Positions 8,853-19,259 of a stretch of DNA of 64,000 nucleotides are shown in pieces; positions within the stretch are counted from its first letter, which is position 1; each line of letters opens with the position of its first letter. The translations under genes and the position numbers were made by a program. Origin of the DNA: an uncultured delta proteobacterium (GTDB lineage Bacteria > Desulfobacterota > Binatia > UBA9968); assembly GCA_963737905.1 (NCBI GenBank), contig CAVTUQ010000011.1, forward strand, positions 1 to 64,000. The letters are read 5' to 3'. The notes beneath the pieces were generated by a model, which had not been told where the DNA came from, did no database searches, and saw only the letters and a list, made by a program, of their open reading frames with translations.

Positions 8853-10395
8853 CTATTTCTTGGCTGCTGCCCGGGTGGCCTCAAGACTCGCCTGTTCGCC
8901 GTGAATGCCGACGATCGTCGCGACGTCGAGATTGAGCTTGTCGAGCTCCTGGACAAATTCCTTGACCCGGGGGCCCGGCCTCACCTGACCGTCGCGCGGG
9001 CTGACGTGGTCGGCTTCGATAAGAAGTCGTTCCTTGGGAAGATATACCACGACCAGGTCTTCTGCGTGGGAGGTCGGGAGCGGATGTACCTCGACCTGGC
9101 GCGCGCCGTCGCTGAGGACTCTGTGGCCGCCGCCGAACGCTTCGATGACAACGGCGCTCTTGTTGCGCTCCAGAGTGTCGGGATTGAGAGTATGCGGCGC
9201 GCGCGCGACTTTCGAATAGAATGCCTGGGCGTTAAACGGCACAACTATCGTCGCGCCCTCGGCCATGAACGCTCGAATCCCGCCGGCGTGGTCGAGATGA
9301 TGATGGGTCGGGATCGCGTAACGAATGGGTTTGCCGGGGAATCGCTCTTTGATCGACTGGACCACGGGCGCGGTGCGGGCCTCATAGAGCGGCCCCTCGA
9401 TAGCAACCAAATGATCGCGCATCTCGACCAAGATCGTCGCGTGAGAGCTGCCTTGAATCTTGTGCACGCCAGGGGCGAGTTGCAGCCATTCGATCACGGG
9501 CGCGCGGCCCATATCCTGATAACTGACGTTGCCCGCGACGCGGCGCAGAATCCATTGGGACGCGATCGGCTTGGCGTCGGTTTTTTCGCTCCGGACGGAC
9601 TCCGGAATGGCGAAGACATTGCTCGCGAGCGCCGCGTTGTGGCGAATCGATTTGATTTGTTCCTCTTGCAGCGCTCTGCCGTTCAGTTCGTAGCGCAAAC
9701 TAAAGGGCAGCATAACGCCGTCGACTTTGCGCCAGTCGCCGTAACGCAACATGTAGCTGCTGTCGCCTTCGAGGGGGTCGTCTTCGAGAATCTCGGTTTG
9801 CGCCGGTAGTCGCGTCTGCGGATCGATATAGATGCGGAACTCGTCGCCGCTTTCAGTAAAGGACAACACCGCGTGGCGTTTGCCGTCGATCTCGGTGTCG
9901 CCCCGTGTAACGCAAACTCTTCTGTTTTAAGGCGGCCAAGATGAGCTTTGCCGGGTTGCGCTGCTCCTCGCGCAGGCGCGTTGCCAAGCGTCCGGGATGC
10001 AGGCGGACTTGCTTGCCGCCGTCTCCGCCTTCCTGCAGCATTCCGGTGGAGCCGTCGATGATCTCAACAAAGCGAACGGTTTGATTGCCTCCCAAGCTTT
10101 GCGCCTCCCATTGGAGCCGCAATCGGGGTTGGGTGAGGTCGCGCGTGAGGGTATAGCGAAAGGTGGTGGTTTGCCGGGTCGGACCCAGTGGCTGCGGCGT
10201 CGAGGAGGAATCGAACTGTTTGCCTTCGCTTTCAATGACCTGGGTCTTTAGCGCGCGCAGCGCCGTTAGGCCGCCCATGGCATTTGCCGACTGCTGGAGA
10301 AGCGCGGTTGCGGGCGACTGAGCATACCCGCGCCCCTGTGCGACCGCGAGACAACGACTAGCGGCCAATAACGCAAGACGAATGCTCCCGTACAT
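8853..10395 (-). pseudogene. Secreted MBL-fold metallo-hydrolase, split by +1 frameshift near 9902
   Basis: ORF 9853-10395 (signal peptide) and ORF 8853-9869 (THHHLDHAGG) join by removing one base in the GGGG run: ...SLRYTG-DTEIDGKRHAVLSFTE. Confidence 0.8.
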
Positions 10396-10485
10396 AACAC
10401 CTCCCCGAAAAGTGGTTTACTTTAGACTGGTGCCGAAGCTCTTTTACCTGGACGCTCAAAAAAAAGCAAAGTTTTCTTACTCGCT

Positions 10486-10540
10486 CGCTTGGCTTCAATG
10501 CGGGGGCTTGTTTCGCTAATTGACATTCAAACTAACAGAG
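10486..10540 (+). repeat. 55-bp diverged direct repeat, copy 1
   Basis: CGCTTG...TTGTTTCGCTAATTGACATTCAAACTAACAGAG matches 11890-11944. Confidence 0.75.
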
Positions 10541-10600
10541 AACAACGAATCAAATTATTTGTTGGCAAATTCGTCGGATGCTGTCCACACGATCTCGAAA

Positions 10601-11675
10601 TTATCTTTGCGGCAGCGGGTCGGGGCCAATGAGTTTTTTGAATAGCTCTACGGCTTCCGGGTCGCGGGGCATGTCTCTGATCGTTTGCTCCAGCTCCTCC
10701 GGCATTTGCGGTTCGGCCTCCAGGCCGGTGAGTTTTGTATATTCTTTTAAAAACTCGGGATCTCTATGGGCTCTTGCGCATCGCTTCCTGCAGGATCTGG
10801 ACGCGGTCTTTAGGCGTGCCGGGAGGCAGGATATAGGGGTTGCCGCTGCCTACGAAGGTTCGGTATATCGCAACAACTTTCCGGTCCATGTCCGACTTGG
10901 CAAAGGCCTCGACGTCGGAAAGCTTGGCAAAGCGAGGATGAGAGTGTTTCCGTCCCTTCGGAATCTCGATAATCCCATGGAAGTCCATCAGACCTTTATC
11001 GACCCATTGAGGTTTCTCGTGCAGAAGAGAATCCGCCACGGTCGACCTGCCGTCTATCTCACCCTGCTCGATAGCGACATCGAGTTCGGGAGAACTGTAT
11101 CCGGTGACGAATCTGGGTTGTCTCAGGCCGATCAGGTACGTGAACATGCGGCCGGAGATGTAAATCAGATGCCCCACCGACTGGGAACCGATTCTCACGC
11201 CTGTCGCCGCACGTAGCTTCTCCAGACTATTGAGACCCACCTCCTTGCGGGTTAAAAAAACGTGGTAGCCGCCGCTATAGCTGGTTCCCAGATAGCTCAC
11301 TTTATCGATGTCATAGAGAACCCCCTTTTCTCCGAGGATGGCGTGCATCACGAAAGGGGTGGACATACGGCCGATGGTCAATCCGTCCGGACGCACCGAT
11401 TTATAAAGGTGGTTGCCAGCCCTCCGACCTCCGCCGCCAGCCATGTATTCCATAACAATAGTGGGATTTCCGGGAATATACTTCTGAAGGAAAGGAACAA
11501 TGGCTTTGGTCCGCAAGTCCGCGACTCCGCCGGCCTCGCTACTCTGAAGAATGGTAACGGTTTTTCCCTGGAAGAAAGAAGTTTGCGGAAAGGCAACGCC
11601 ATCGATGAAAAGACCGAGTAGTAACGCGTCAAGAGAGATTTGCAGAAACACCACCGACTTGGACTTGCGTCTCAT
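10601..11675 (-). pseudogene. Bug/TctC tripartite tricarboxylate transporter substrate-binding protein, +1 frameshift near 10772
   Basis: FFQGKTVTI, KYIPGNPTIVMEYMAGGGG and PPGTPKDRV; continues in shifted frame DPEFLKEYTKLTG...LFKKLIGPDPLPQR*. Confidence 0.82.
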
Positions 11676-11889
11676 AGGCACCTCCGTCGTAGGAGAACTC
11701 CCGCTCCCGTCAACTGCCTTCCTGCGATCCTCCCCATCAACCGATAGGGTTTGGCATAATACGAAGCCCGATTAACACCTCTGAAAAATCGTGTCAATGA
11801 AAACAATCGCCGCTCTGTAAGGTTCGGCTTGAGTAGGTGAATAAGCGGATCTTAGTTTCAATCTGCCTCGATCATTTCTTTTGCAATGC

Positions 11890-11944
11890 CGCTTGAGTTT
11901 AATTCAGGGATTGTTTCGGCTGATTGACATTCAAATTGACAGAG
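11890..11944 (+). repeat. 55-bp diverged direct repeat, copy 2 (contains TTGACA, likely promoter of the SLT gene)
   Basis: CGCTTG...TTGTTTCGGCTGATTGACATTCAAATTGACAGAG. Confidence 0.75.
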
Positions 11945-11973
11945 TCAGAATGACCGAGAGGTGGAACGTTTAC

Positions 11974-12774
11974 ATGACCGCTAGCGTCTATAGCGGCGTT
12001 CGATATTTCAGGCGAAGGTGCAGAAGGTCCGCTGGGCGCCAGTGGAAAGGAGCCCTTCTCTGGTACTGCGTTCTTGGGATCGCCGGGTTCTTCGCGCTCA
12101 ATGCGATCTATCAGGTCATACAGAAGCCTGGTGAGCTCTTCGCCCCGATCAGTACCTCTTTATCAAACAGTCCCGACTCCACATGGCGGCGTTATGGACC
12201 GCTTTTCGAGGAGCATTCTACGAGCATTATTTCACGTGAATTGCTCGCCGCGCTGGCCCAAGTGGAGAGCGACGGCAATCCCGTCGCCCTCACCCGCTGG
12301 CGCTGGCAGTGGTCTTGGAACCCTTTCGAAATTTATCGTCCGGCCTCAAGCGCGGTCGGCATGTTTCAAATCACTGACGGAACATTCGCCGAGGCCCGGA
12401 AGTATTGTATCCGAAATCATACGGTTGTGACCGAAGGTCCGTGGTATGACCTGAGTTCCTGCTGGTTCAATAGCCTCTATGCTCGAACTCTGGCGAGCCA
12501 TGCGACGGAAATGACCGCGGCCTACCTCCACCGGAGCGTGGTCGATACACTGGCTGCTCGTGGTACAGCCAAGGTCAGCCTGGCACAAAAGCAAAAACTA
12601 GCTGCGGTGATTCACCTATGCGGATTGAAGCGAGGAGAGTCCCTCGTCGCGCGGGCCTTTCGGGTAACGCAGAGCGAGCGTTGCGGAACCCACAGCCTGC
12701 AACGATATCTCACTCAAATCGAGCTGATGAAAACACGCTTTGCTCGATTGGCTAATTCGCTGCTCCCCGAGTGA
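11974..12774 (+). CDS. Membrane-anchored lytic transglycosylase (SLT domain)
   Basis: N-terminal TM segment; LAALAQVESDGNP and SSAVGMFQITDGT motifs. Confidence 0.85.
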   Translation: MTASVYSGVRYFRRRCRRSAGRQWKGALLWYCVLGIAGFFALNAIYQVIQKPGELFAPISTSLSNSPDSTWRRYGPLFEEHSTSIISRELLAALAQVESDGNPVALTRWRWQWSWNPFEIYRPASSAVGMFQITDGTFAEARKYCIRNHTVVTEGPWYDLSSCWFNSLYARTLASHATEMTAAYLHRSVVDTLAARGTAKVSLAQKQKLAAVIHLCGLKRGESLVARAFRVTQSERCGTHSLQRYLTQIELMKTRFARLANSLLPE

Positions 12775-12807
12775 CGATCGTGCACAGGCCATTCCCTAAC
12801 TTATGTT

Positions 12808-13818
12808 TTACTTGACCCCGTACGTCGCTTGCAGGCGAGCGATAAATCCACTCTCCTCGAGCTTTCTGATGATCCGATCATCGATCAGCTCTTCAACTTT
12901 AATGGTTTCCAGTTTGGGATTGCGGGGTTTCAGCAACCGTTGCGTATTGCGCAGCCCCTCAATGGATGGAAAAGGCTTTTTCTCGAGCCCCGTCAGCAGA
13001 TCCTGATAACCCTCTTCCGCCCCGGCAGGGTCGGTGATCCTCAGATGTTGCATAATCGTCTTGAGAACCGCCGGTTTGTACTTGGGACTTAAAATAAACG
13101 CCACCGACTCGCTCAACCCTTTAAGCACACCTTCGAGGGCATCTTGGCGATCGCGAATAAATGAACTTTTGGCGACCAGCCCGAGACCGATGGTCGGTAT
13201 GTTGGCCTGGCTAAACTCGGCCAATATGTTGAATCCTTTCTGTTTAAGCCTGCGGCTAAAGACGCCATCGAGAGCCGCGGCATCGATGCTTCCCGCCTCG
13301 ATCGCTTGCGCGATGACCGACTGGTCGCCGATTTGAAGGACGTTGATATTGTCGCGCTGCGGATCGAGCCCCAAATATTCCAGGCCCAGCATACCACCCA
13401 TCCACAATCCGCCGCCAAAGGCTTGAATGCCAAACCGCTTGCCGCGTAAATCCTTGGGGGTTTTTATCCCCGGCGCCGCCACTAAATCATAGGTGACTTT
13501 GGCATTGAGGGCGGCGACCATCTTGGCGTCGAGCCCGCCGGCGGCCGCTCCCAGCAAGGTGCTCCCTGAAGTCAAGGCGATGTCGATCTCTCCGGTGCCG
13601 AGACCGCTGACCATGATTTGAATCTGGCGGACTAGAATAACCGACGAGTCGACGCCATATTTCGCAAAGAACTTCTGTTCGTGGGCGATCCACAGGGGTG
13701 CGATACGCGCGTTGAGGGCGCCATGGGCAAGGACAACCTTGGGCCCGGCGGCACCAGCCAAAAGAGGATGGGTCAAGAGTCCAAGGATCAAAACGATGAG
13801 GCCAAGATACTTACCCAT
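12808..13818 (-). CDS. ABC transporter substrate-binding protein (SsuA/THI5-like)
   Basis: Signal peptide; PLWIAHEQKFFAKYG, IKTPKDLRGKRFGI, GSIDAAAL. Confidence 0.88.
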   Translation of the reverse strand: MGKYLGLIVLILGLLTHPLLAGAAGPKVVLAHGALNARIAPLWIAHEQKFFAKYGVDSSVILVRQIQIMVSGLGTGEIDIALTSGSTLLGAAAGGLDAKMVAALNAKVTYDLVAAPGIKTPKDLRGKRFGIQAFGGGLWMGGMLGLEYLGLDPQRDNINVLQIGDQSVIAQAIEAGSIDAAALDGVFSRRLKQKGFNILAEFSQANIPTIGLGLVAKSSFIRDRQDALEGVLKGLSESVAFILSPKYKPAVLKTIMQHLRITDPAGAEEGYQDLLTGLEKKPFPSIEGLRNTQRLLKPRNPKLETIKVEELIDDRIIRKLEESGFIARLQATYGVK

Positions 13819-13961
13819 GGTTGACTTTCAGGTAGCCGCGAAGGTTTGAGACTAATCGACCTAAACCATGCTTGGCAAGCGTAAAATCTATTGCCCCATC
13901 CTGTCCCCCGCCGGTCTTGAAGTTGAAATCTTATCATCTTATCAGTTACTCTTCGTCGCAA

Positions 13962-14026
13962 AGCAAGATTCGTCGTTCCGCTCGGAATGACAATATACTG
14001 AAATGTCATGCCGAACGAAGTGAGGG
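13962..14026. repeat. REP-like inverted repeat (GTCATTCCGAGCG type)
   Basis: TTCCGCTCGGAATGACA ... TGTCATGCCGAACGAA. Confidence 0.55.
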
Positions 14027-14029
14027 AAC

Positions 14030-15127
14030 TTGATCAAGTCTCGGAGGCAATTTGTGATATCTAGACGGTTAGTTTCAACAAACCAATTTTTGTCATGCTT
14101 TTTCGCCGTCGCTACGATTTCACTCGGGCTGAACTCGCTGCTAGCGAAATACCATCCCGCCCTCGCGCAGGACTTCTACAAGGACAAGATCATCCGTTTC
14201 ATCGTCGGCCAGGCCGCCGGCGGAGGCTACGACACCTACACACGCACGATAGCCCATCACATGATCAAACATGTCCCAGGTAATCCGGCAGTCACCGTGG
14301 AAAACATGACCGGTGCCGGCAGCCTGGTTGCGGCAAATTATCTCTACAACACGGCGAAACCGGACGGACTGACAATCGCGAACTGGAACAGCGCCTTTGT
14401 GCTGAACCAAGCTCTGGGCGATTCCAACATCCGCTTTGACGCGCGGAAGTTCGGTTGGATCGGTGCGCCGAGCAAGGGAGTCCCGGTTTGTCTGATCATG
14501 GGATTTACAGGTCCCAAGACATTCGATGAAATCCTGAAGTCAGGAAAGCCGATTAAGATGGGCGGAACCGCTCCCGGCTCTCACAGCATCGACCTTCCCG
14601 TTATGCTTAACAAAATGCTGGGAAGTAAGTTTCAAACCGTCAGCGGTTACCCTGGGACTTCTCAGATTCGCCTTGCCTTGCAGCGCCGGGAGGTCGACGG
14701 GCAGTGCACCAACTGGGAATCCGTCCTTTCTACCCAGAGGGAACTACTCGACGCCAAAGGCGACGACAGAATGATCCCGTTTCTCGTGCATGCGCGCCTC
14801 GCCGACCCGGAGCTGAAAAACGTTCCTCTCTTTAGCGAAGCGTTGAAAGACGAAGCAAGCAACAACACCTACAAAGCCTACATGGCCCAAATGGAGTATC
14901 AACGCCCGCTTACCGTTGCTCCCGGGACGCCGACGGAGCGTCTGGAAATCCTTCGGCGGGCCTTCAAGGCAACGTTGTCGGATCCGGAATTCATGGCTCA
15001 GGCTACTAAATCTAGGTTAGACATCACCTACGTTTCCGGCGAGGAAATTGATAAGATTGTTGGCGAAGTATTATCGATCCCGCCGCAGGTCAAAGAGAAC
15101 CTTCAGTTCTTGAACCAGGCGAAGTGA
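14030..15127 (+). CDS. Bug/TctC substrate-binding protein
   Basis: FYKDKIIRFIVGQAAGGGYDTY, VENMTGAGSL, GYPGT, APGTP; exact start uncertain. Confidence 0.9.
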   Translation: MIKSRRQFVISRRLVSTNQFLSCFFAVATISLGLNSLLAKYHPALAQDFYKDKIIRFIVGQAAGGGYDTYTRTIAHHMIKHVPGNPAVTVENMTGAGSLVAANYLYNTAKPDGLTIANWNSAFVLNQALGDSNIRFDARKFGWIGAPSKGVPVCLIMGFTGPKTFDEILKSGKPIKMGGTAPGSHSIDLPVMLNKMLGSKFQTVSGYPGTSQIRLALQRREVDGQCTNWESVLSTQRELLDAKGDDRMIPFLVHARLADPELKNVPLFSEALKDEASNNTYKAYMAQMEYQRPLTVAPGTPTERLEILRRAFKATLSDPEFMAQATKSRLDITYVSGEEIDKIVGEVLSIPPQVKENLQFLNQAK

Positions 15128-15189
15128 GATAGAAAATGCGAACCGCAAAGAATCCCACGCGCCGGAAGCCGCAACCAAAAGAGTCATTT

Positions 15190-15302
15190 ACCGCAAAGAA
15201 CACAAAGGTCGCAAAGAAGAGGGACAACAACGAAGTGTTTCTGAATCACTTCATGGTCGGAATGTCTTCTAAATTCTATGCGACCCTTGCGTTCTCTGCG
15301 GT
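15190..15302. repeat. ACCGCAAAG-type inverted repeat element
   Basis: ACCGCAAAGAACACAAAGGTCGCAAAGAA ... TTCTATGCGACCCTTGCGTTCTCTGCGGT. Confidence 0.75.
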
Positions 15303-15335
15303 TAATTTTAAGTTTTTTCTGTAAAGGAGAGAAAG

Positions 15336-16457
15336 ATGGCGAAAAACGGCTTTAAAGCGATGGACTCCGACATGCACGTTTTCGAACCCACTGACCTCTG
15401 GCAGCGCTACATCGATCCCAAATACGCCGATCGCGCGCCCGTTGGACTCAACCGCAGCTTCAGGGATCTGGGTATTACAGTCGACGGCAAAGTTTTACCG
15501 ATACCAAGAAACCCGGAAAACCCGGCCTTGGCGAAATACCGCAATGATTTTTTTCGCGAGAAGTACGGGGACGCCGGCGAACGAAACTTCGACAGTGTTT
15601 CTCAGCTCATGGCGATGGACAAGGAGGGTCTGGATGTGGCCGTCCTCTTTCCGACGCGAGGCCTCTGCGTTCTCGGCATCGATGGGCTCGATCCCGATTT
15701 CGCCGCGGCCATTGCCCGCGCTTACAACGATTGGCTGTACGACTTCGCCCAGGCCGCGCCACAGCGCATGTACGGCGTCGCCATGGTGGCGCCCCACGAT
15801 GTTAGCGCCGCCGTCGAAGAAATTCGCCGCACCGTCAAAGACTATCGGTTCCGGGGAATTTTCATGCGGCCCAATCACGTGAACGGAAGAAAGTGGAGCG
15901 ATCCCTACTACGATCCGCTGTGGGAGGAATGTCAGACCTTGAATCTGCCGGTGGGTTTCCACGAGGCCGGCCGGGTCTACTTGCCGCAGCCTGCGATGTT
16001 TCAGTTCTGTTCGACATTTTCAATGTTCAATACCTTTGGCTTTCCCTTCGCTAATATGCTCGCCTGCGGTGACCTGATTTTCGGCGGGGTGATGGAACGA
16101 TTTCCCAAGCTAAAAGTGGCATTTTTGGAAGGCAACTGCTCTTGGGTGCCGTGGCTCTTATGGCGCATGGGAGAATACGCCGAGACCACGGGCAAAGCGG
16201 AGTATCCCTATCTCACCTTGACGCCGCTGGAGTACTTTCAACGACAATGCTACGGGGCCGTGGAATGCGATGAAATCACGGCCAAGCACATTCCCGAATA
16301 CGGCCTGGAACACAGCATGGTGTTCTCCACCGATTACCCACACCTCGACGTCAAATACCCCCACGCCATCGATTCGTTCCTCAAACTCCCCTTTTCCGAC
16401 GATACCAAACGGAAATATCTGTGGGATAACTGCGCACGGATGTATAACTTCGAGTAA
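15336..16457 (+). CDS. Amidohydrolase family protein (Amidohydro_2)
   Basis: MDSDMH, ARAYNDWL, YDPLWE, FLEGNCSW and FSTDYPHLD motifs. Confidence 0.92.
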   Translation: MAKNGFKAMDSDMHVFEPTDLWQRYIDPKYADRAPVGLNRSFRDLGITVDGKVLPIPRNPENPALAKYRNDFFREKYGDAGERNFDSVSQLMAMDKEGLDVAVLFPTRGLCVLGIDGLDPDFAAAIARAYNDWLYDFAQAAPQRMYGVAMVAPHDVSAAVEEIRRTVKDYRFRGIFMRPNHVNGRKWSDPYYDPLWEECQTLNLPVGFHEAGRVYLPQPAMFQFCSTFSMFNTFGFPFANMLACGDLIFGGVMERFPKLKVAFLEGNCSWVPWLLWRMGEYAETTGKAEYPYLTLTPLEYFQRQCYGAVECDEITAKHIPEYGLEHSMVFSTDYPHLDVKYPHAIDSFLKLPFSDDTKRKYLWDNCARMYNFE

Positions 16458-16472
16458 GAAATCGACTTTTTC

Positions 16473-16546
16473 ACCGCAAAGAAGAGGAAGTTGGGCGGGT
16501 TTGAAACCCGCCCCTACAGTTTTGCGTCCTTTGCGTTCTTTGCGGT
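16473..16546. repeat. ACCGCAAAG inverted repeat with a nested GTAG-type REP, between convergent genes
   Basis: ACCGCAAAGAA...TTCTTTGCGGT enclosing GGGCGGGTTTGAAACCCGCCCCTAC (16493-16517). Confidence 0.8.
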
Positions 16547-16559
16547 TAATCGGATTTCT

Positions 16560-16871
16560 TTATCGCTCTTCTTTCTCCGCGTGCTGGATGACCTCGTGCA
16601 TTTCGAAGACGTTGGGACCGGAAAAGATTTCCGCGCGGGGGCGGTTTCGGTGCGCTTCTTTAAACTCCGCGCTCTCCGTCCAGGCCTGAAATGAAGCTTC
16701 ATCCTTCCAGTGAGTCAGCACGATGTAGTAGTCGCTCTTGAGCGGACGCAGTATTTCCAGCCGAACAAATCCCGGCATGTTTTCTACCAGCCGCGCGCGG
16801 CCTTCAAATCGAGCTTCAAATTCTTTTTCCTGACCTTTTGCGACCTGTAATCTATTCGAAACGGCAATCAT
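16560..16871 (-). CDS. Antibiotic biosynthesis monooxygenase family (IsdG/HmoA-like)
   Basis: NRLQVAKGQEKEFEARF...MPGFVRLEILRP...AWTESAEFKEAH. Confidence 0.88.
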   Translation of the reverse strand: MIAVSNRLQVAKGQEKEFEARFEGRARLVENMPGFVRLEILRPLKSDYYIVLTHWKDEASFQAWTESAEFKEAHRNRPRAEIFSGPNVFEMHEVIQHAEKEER

Positions 16872-17033
16872 GATATTCTCCTTTTAGAGTGAGTTAGATC
16901 CAACGACCGAGACTCTATCTGAACCACCGCCCGCCTAGAGCGCCTCGTGGAGGCGCTCAGAAAAAACGGCGTGCAAACTTAAACCCCAAGGAATCGCCTC
17001 TCCGGAGCTCAAGGCAGGATAGTTCCACTCGCT

Positions 17034-17495
17034 CTATCGTTCACCGTCCCGCTCTTTTTTCGACTTGGGAGGGTGAACCGAAAATACCGGACAAGACGCG
17101 TTCCGCACCACCTGTTCAGTAACGCTACCCATCAGCACGTGGGCCACACCGGTTCTGCCATGAGTCGACATGACAATCAAATCGCTTCTTTCTCTTTCCG
17201 CTTCCTCTAATATATTCGTTGCCGAGGAACCGATCTCCACTTTCTGGCGGACCTCCACCAATGGGAGAAGGTCTGCAAAATTCTCATTTAAAAACTGGCC
17301 AAGGTTTTTTTGGTGTTTAGCAATCAAATCCTCGATCGAATAGGCCTTATAGCTCGCAAGTTCAGCAGCGTTGGCAACGTGATACACCGTCACTTCGGCT
17401 CCCCAACCTCTCGCCAATTCCAACGCGTACTCCAACCCAACACTAGAAAGTTCGGACAGGTCAGTCGGGGCGAGGATTTTTTCAACCTTCTTCAT
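17034..17495 (-). CDS. Universal stress protein
   Basis: KILAPTDLS...DLIVMSTHGRTG...GSVTEQVVRNASCPV; RBS AAGGAG before ATG 17495. Confidence 0.92.
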   Translation of the reverse strand: MKKVEKILAPTDLSELSSVGLEYALELARGWGAEVTVYHVANAAELASYKAYSIEDLIAKHQKNLGQFLNENFADLLPLVEVRQKVEIGSSATNILEEAERERSDLIVMSTHGRTGVAHVLMGSVTEQVVRNASCPVFSVHPPKSKKERDGER

Positions 17496-17509
17496 AAGAC
17501 TCTCCTTTG

Positions 17510-18241
17510 TTAAAAACCGATCGGCACGGGAGGCCACGAAGACAGTAATTTGCCGTAGCCTGGTATTCGATAACTGAGCCCCAATTTTGAAAGTATGAAC
17601 CACAGCATCGCCGGATTGCTCGCCACGATGGGAACATTGAGTTCAGTTTCCATCTTGTCCAACACTTTGATGGGATCCAGCAGGGCCCCCTGAAAGTAAA
17701 TTGCGTTGACCCCGGACTGCTGCTCCAATGCTGTTTTGGTCATGGACTCGACATCGCCGGGCGTGAGCTTTTGCGCGTCCGTGTGAGCGCGCAGCGTCTG
17801 CGGGGGATAGACGGCCTCGATGGCAAAGTCGGCTAGAAAGTCCCGATACATTTCTTTTAGTTTATCATCCACGGGAGTCATCAACAGGGCGCGTTTAGCC
17901 GAGAATACCCGCAGGGCCGCCGCGGACGACCTCAAAGCAGTGGCAACAGGAATCGGCAAAGCAGAGGAAAGGCGATCCCACAAGCCGGGGTTGAGCGCTT
18001 CTCTAGGCCCCCCACTGATGATCACCCCATCCCAGCTATGCTTCTGTGAAAGTTTCGTCGTCTGTCGAATCAGAGAATCGACTTTACCCCGGGCATCGTA
18101 AAGAGACCCACCGGCACCCTCTTCCTGAACAAAGGTGAAATCAATAGCGCTGGGAATAAATGCCTTGAAGCTTTCGTGGTGCGGACTCGACGGGGCGCTT
18201 GAACCGATAAATCCGATTTTCATTTGTGCTCTTGGTGACAT
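17510..18241 (-). CDS. Asp/Glu racemase - maleate isomerase - arylmalonate decarboxylase family protein
   Basis: ALRVFSAKRALLMTP and ETELNVPIVASNPAMLW...GYGKLL; the family's catalytic cysteines are not evident. Confidence 0.75.
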   Translation of the reverse strand: MSPRAQMKIGFIGSSAPSSPHHESFKAFIPSAIDFTFVQEEGAGGSLYDARGKVDSLIRQTTKLSQKHSWDGVIISGGPREALNPGLWDRLSSALPIPVATALRSSAAALRVFSAKRALLMTPVDDKLKEMYRDFLADFAIEAVYPPQTLRAHTDAQKLTPGDVESMTKTALEQQSGVNAIYFQGALLDPIKVLDKMETELNVPIVASNPAMLWFILSKLGLSYRIPGYGKLLSSWPPVPIGF

Positions 18242-18460
18242 TCCGGTCTCCCCCTCGTCCTCTGTTCGAACGTAAGCACTGTTCCACAACCGGTTCGGCA
18301 GTGTCAAACAGCAATCATTTGAATATCTCCCAAAGGATTTGAAGGTGAAACTCTCACATATCTAATCGGCTGTCAGAAAAATCCGCTCAATAGAATTGAG
18401 GGTGGATGCATTTTGAACTCAAAAGTTGTATGAATTAGAAAGATCGGCGGCAGCATCTTG

Positions 18461-18476
18461 TGGTATGCTCTTTGCG
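18461..18476 (+). promoter_or_regulatory. sigma54 -24/-12 promoter (csbD operon)
   Basis: TGGTAT-GCTCT-TTGCG, 60 bp before ATG. Confidence 0.75.
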
Positions 18477-18536
18477 TCCTATGCATGACTGTCGAACCCA
18501 ATTTCTTCAAAACATTTCTTAAAAGGAGTATAGCAT

Positions 18537-18899
18537 ATGAATTCTGTTGATTTGGAAGGCAAGTGGCAAAAACTCAGAGGTGAAATACGGTCACAGTGGG
18601 GCAAGCTTACCGATGATGACCTTGAGAGAATTGCCGGAAATAAAGACAAGCTTATCGGCGTCGTGCAAGAAAGATACGGTTACGTTTGGGACGAGGCTCG
18701 CCAAATGGTGGATCGCTACTTGGATGACTATAACGGTCTGAAACATCAGGCAACCGAAGCTTTGAGGAATGTCGCGTCGAAGGAAAACATCCAAAAGGTC
18801 GGAAGCGATGTGGCGGATTTCGTTCGACGTTATCCTATTCCATCTATCCTGATTGGAGTGGGGATCGGATATTTACTCGCCCGGCGAAGCGAAAGATAA
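18537..18899 (+). CDS. CsbD-family protein with ElaB/YqjD-like C-terminal membrane anchor
   Basis: GKWQKLRGEIRSQWGKLTDDDL...VQERYG; tail FVRRYPIPSILIGVGIGYLLAR. Confidence 0.88.
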   Translation: MNSVDLEGKWQKLRGEIRSQWGKLTDDDLERIAGNKDKLIGVVQERYGYVWDEARQMVDRYLDDYNGLKHQATEALRNVASKENIQKVGSDVADFVRRYPIPSILIGVGIGYLLARRSER

Positions 18900-18902
18900 G
18901 CG

Positions 18903-19232
18903 ATGCCGGCGGAGGCCCAAAGAGTCCCGAAACCCACGTTGCTATCGTTGGTTCGCGGTATCGTCGATGACGCCAAGCGGCTCGTTGTCGGGCAGTACGA
19001 GTTCCGCAAGTATCAAACCGTGCGCCAGATCGCCAAAGCTAAGGCCATGGCGATCTGGATCGGCACCGGGATAGCCTTTGCCTGCATCGGCGCGATATTG
19101 ATCACCCTGATGGTGGTGCATTTGCTGAGCGATATTTTCAATCTTCCTCTTTGGGGCAGTTACGGAATCGTCGGAGTTGTTTTAATTGCGGTGGGCGGAG
19201 GATGCCTATACGGCGCAAAGTCTCGACTGTAA
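18903..19232 (+). CDS. YqjE-like / phage holin family two-TM membrane protein
   Basis: SLVRGIVDDAKRLV then two TM helices; position after a YqjD-like gene. Confidence 0.75.
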   Translation: MPAEAQRVPKPTLLSLVRGIVDDAKRLVVGQYEFRKYQTVRQIAKAKAMAIWIGTGIAFACIGAILITLMVVHLLSDIFNLPLWGSYGIVGVVLIAVGGGCLYGAKSRL

Positions 19233-19259
19233 GAATGTTGGACAAGGAATCAACGGTAG

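Noticed and set aside
8745-9809. 354-aa plus-strand ORF
   Set aside because: Antisense shadow of the MBL hydrolase
18903-19232. Holin-like gene (with the SLT gene at 11974) as a prophage signal
   Set aside because: No phage structural, terminase or integrase genes; YqjE-like stress context
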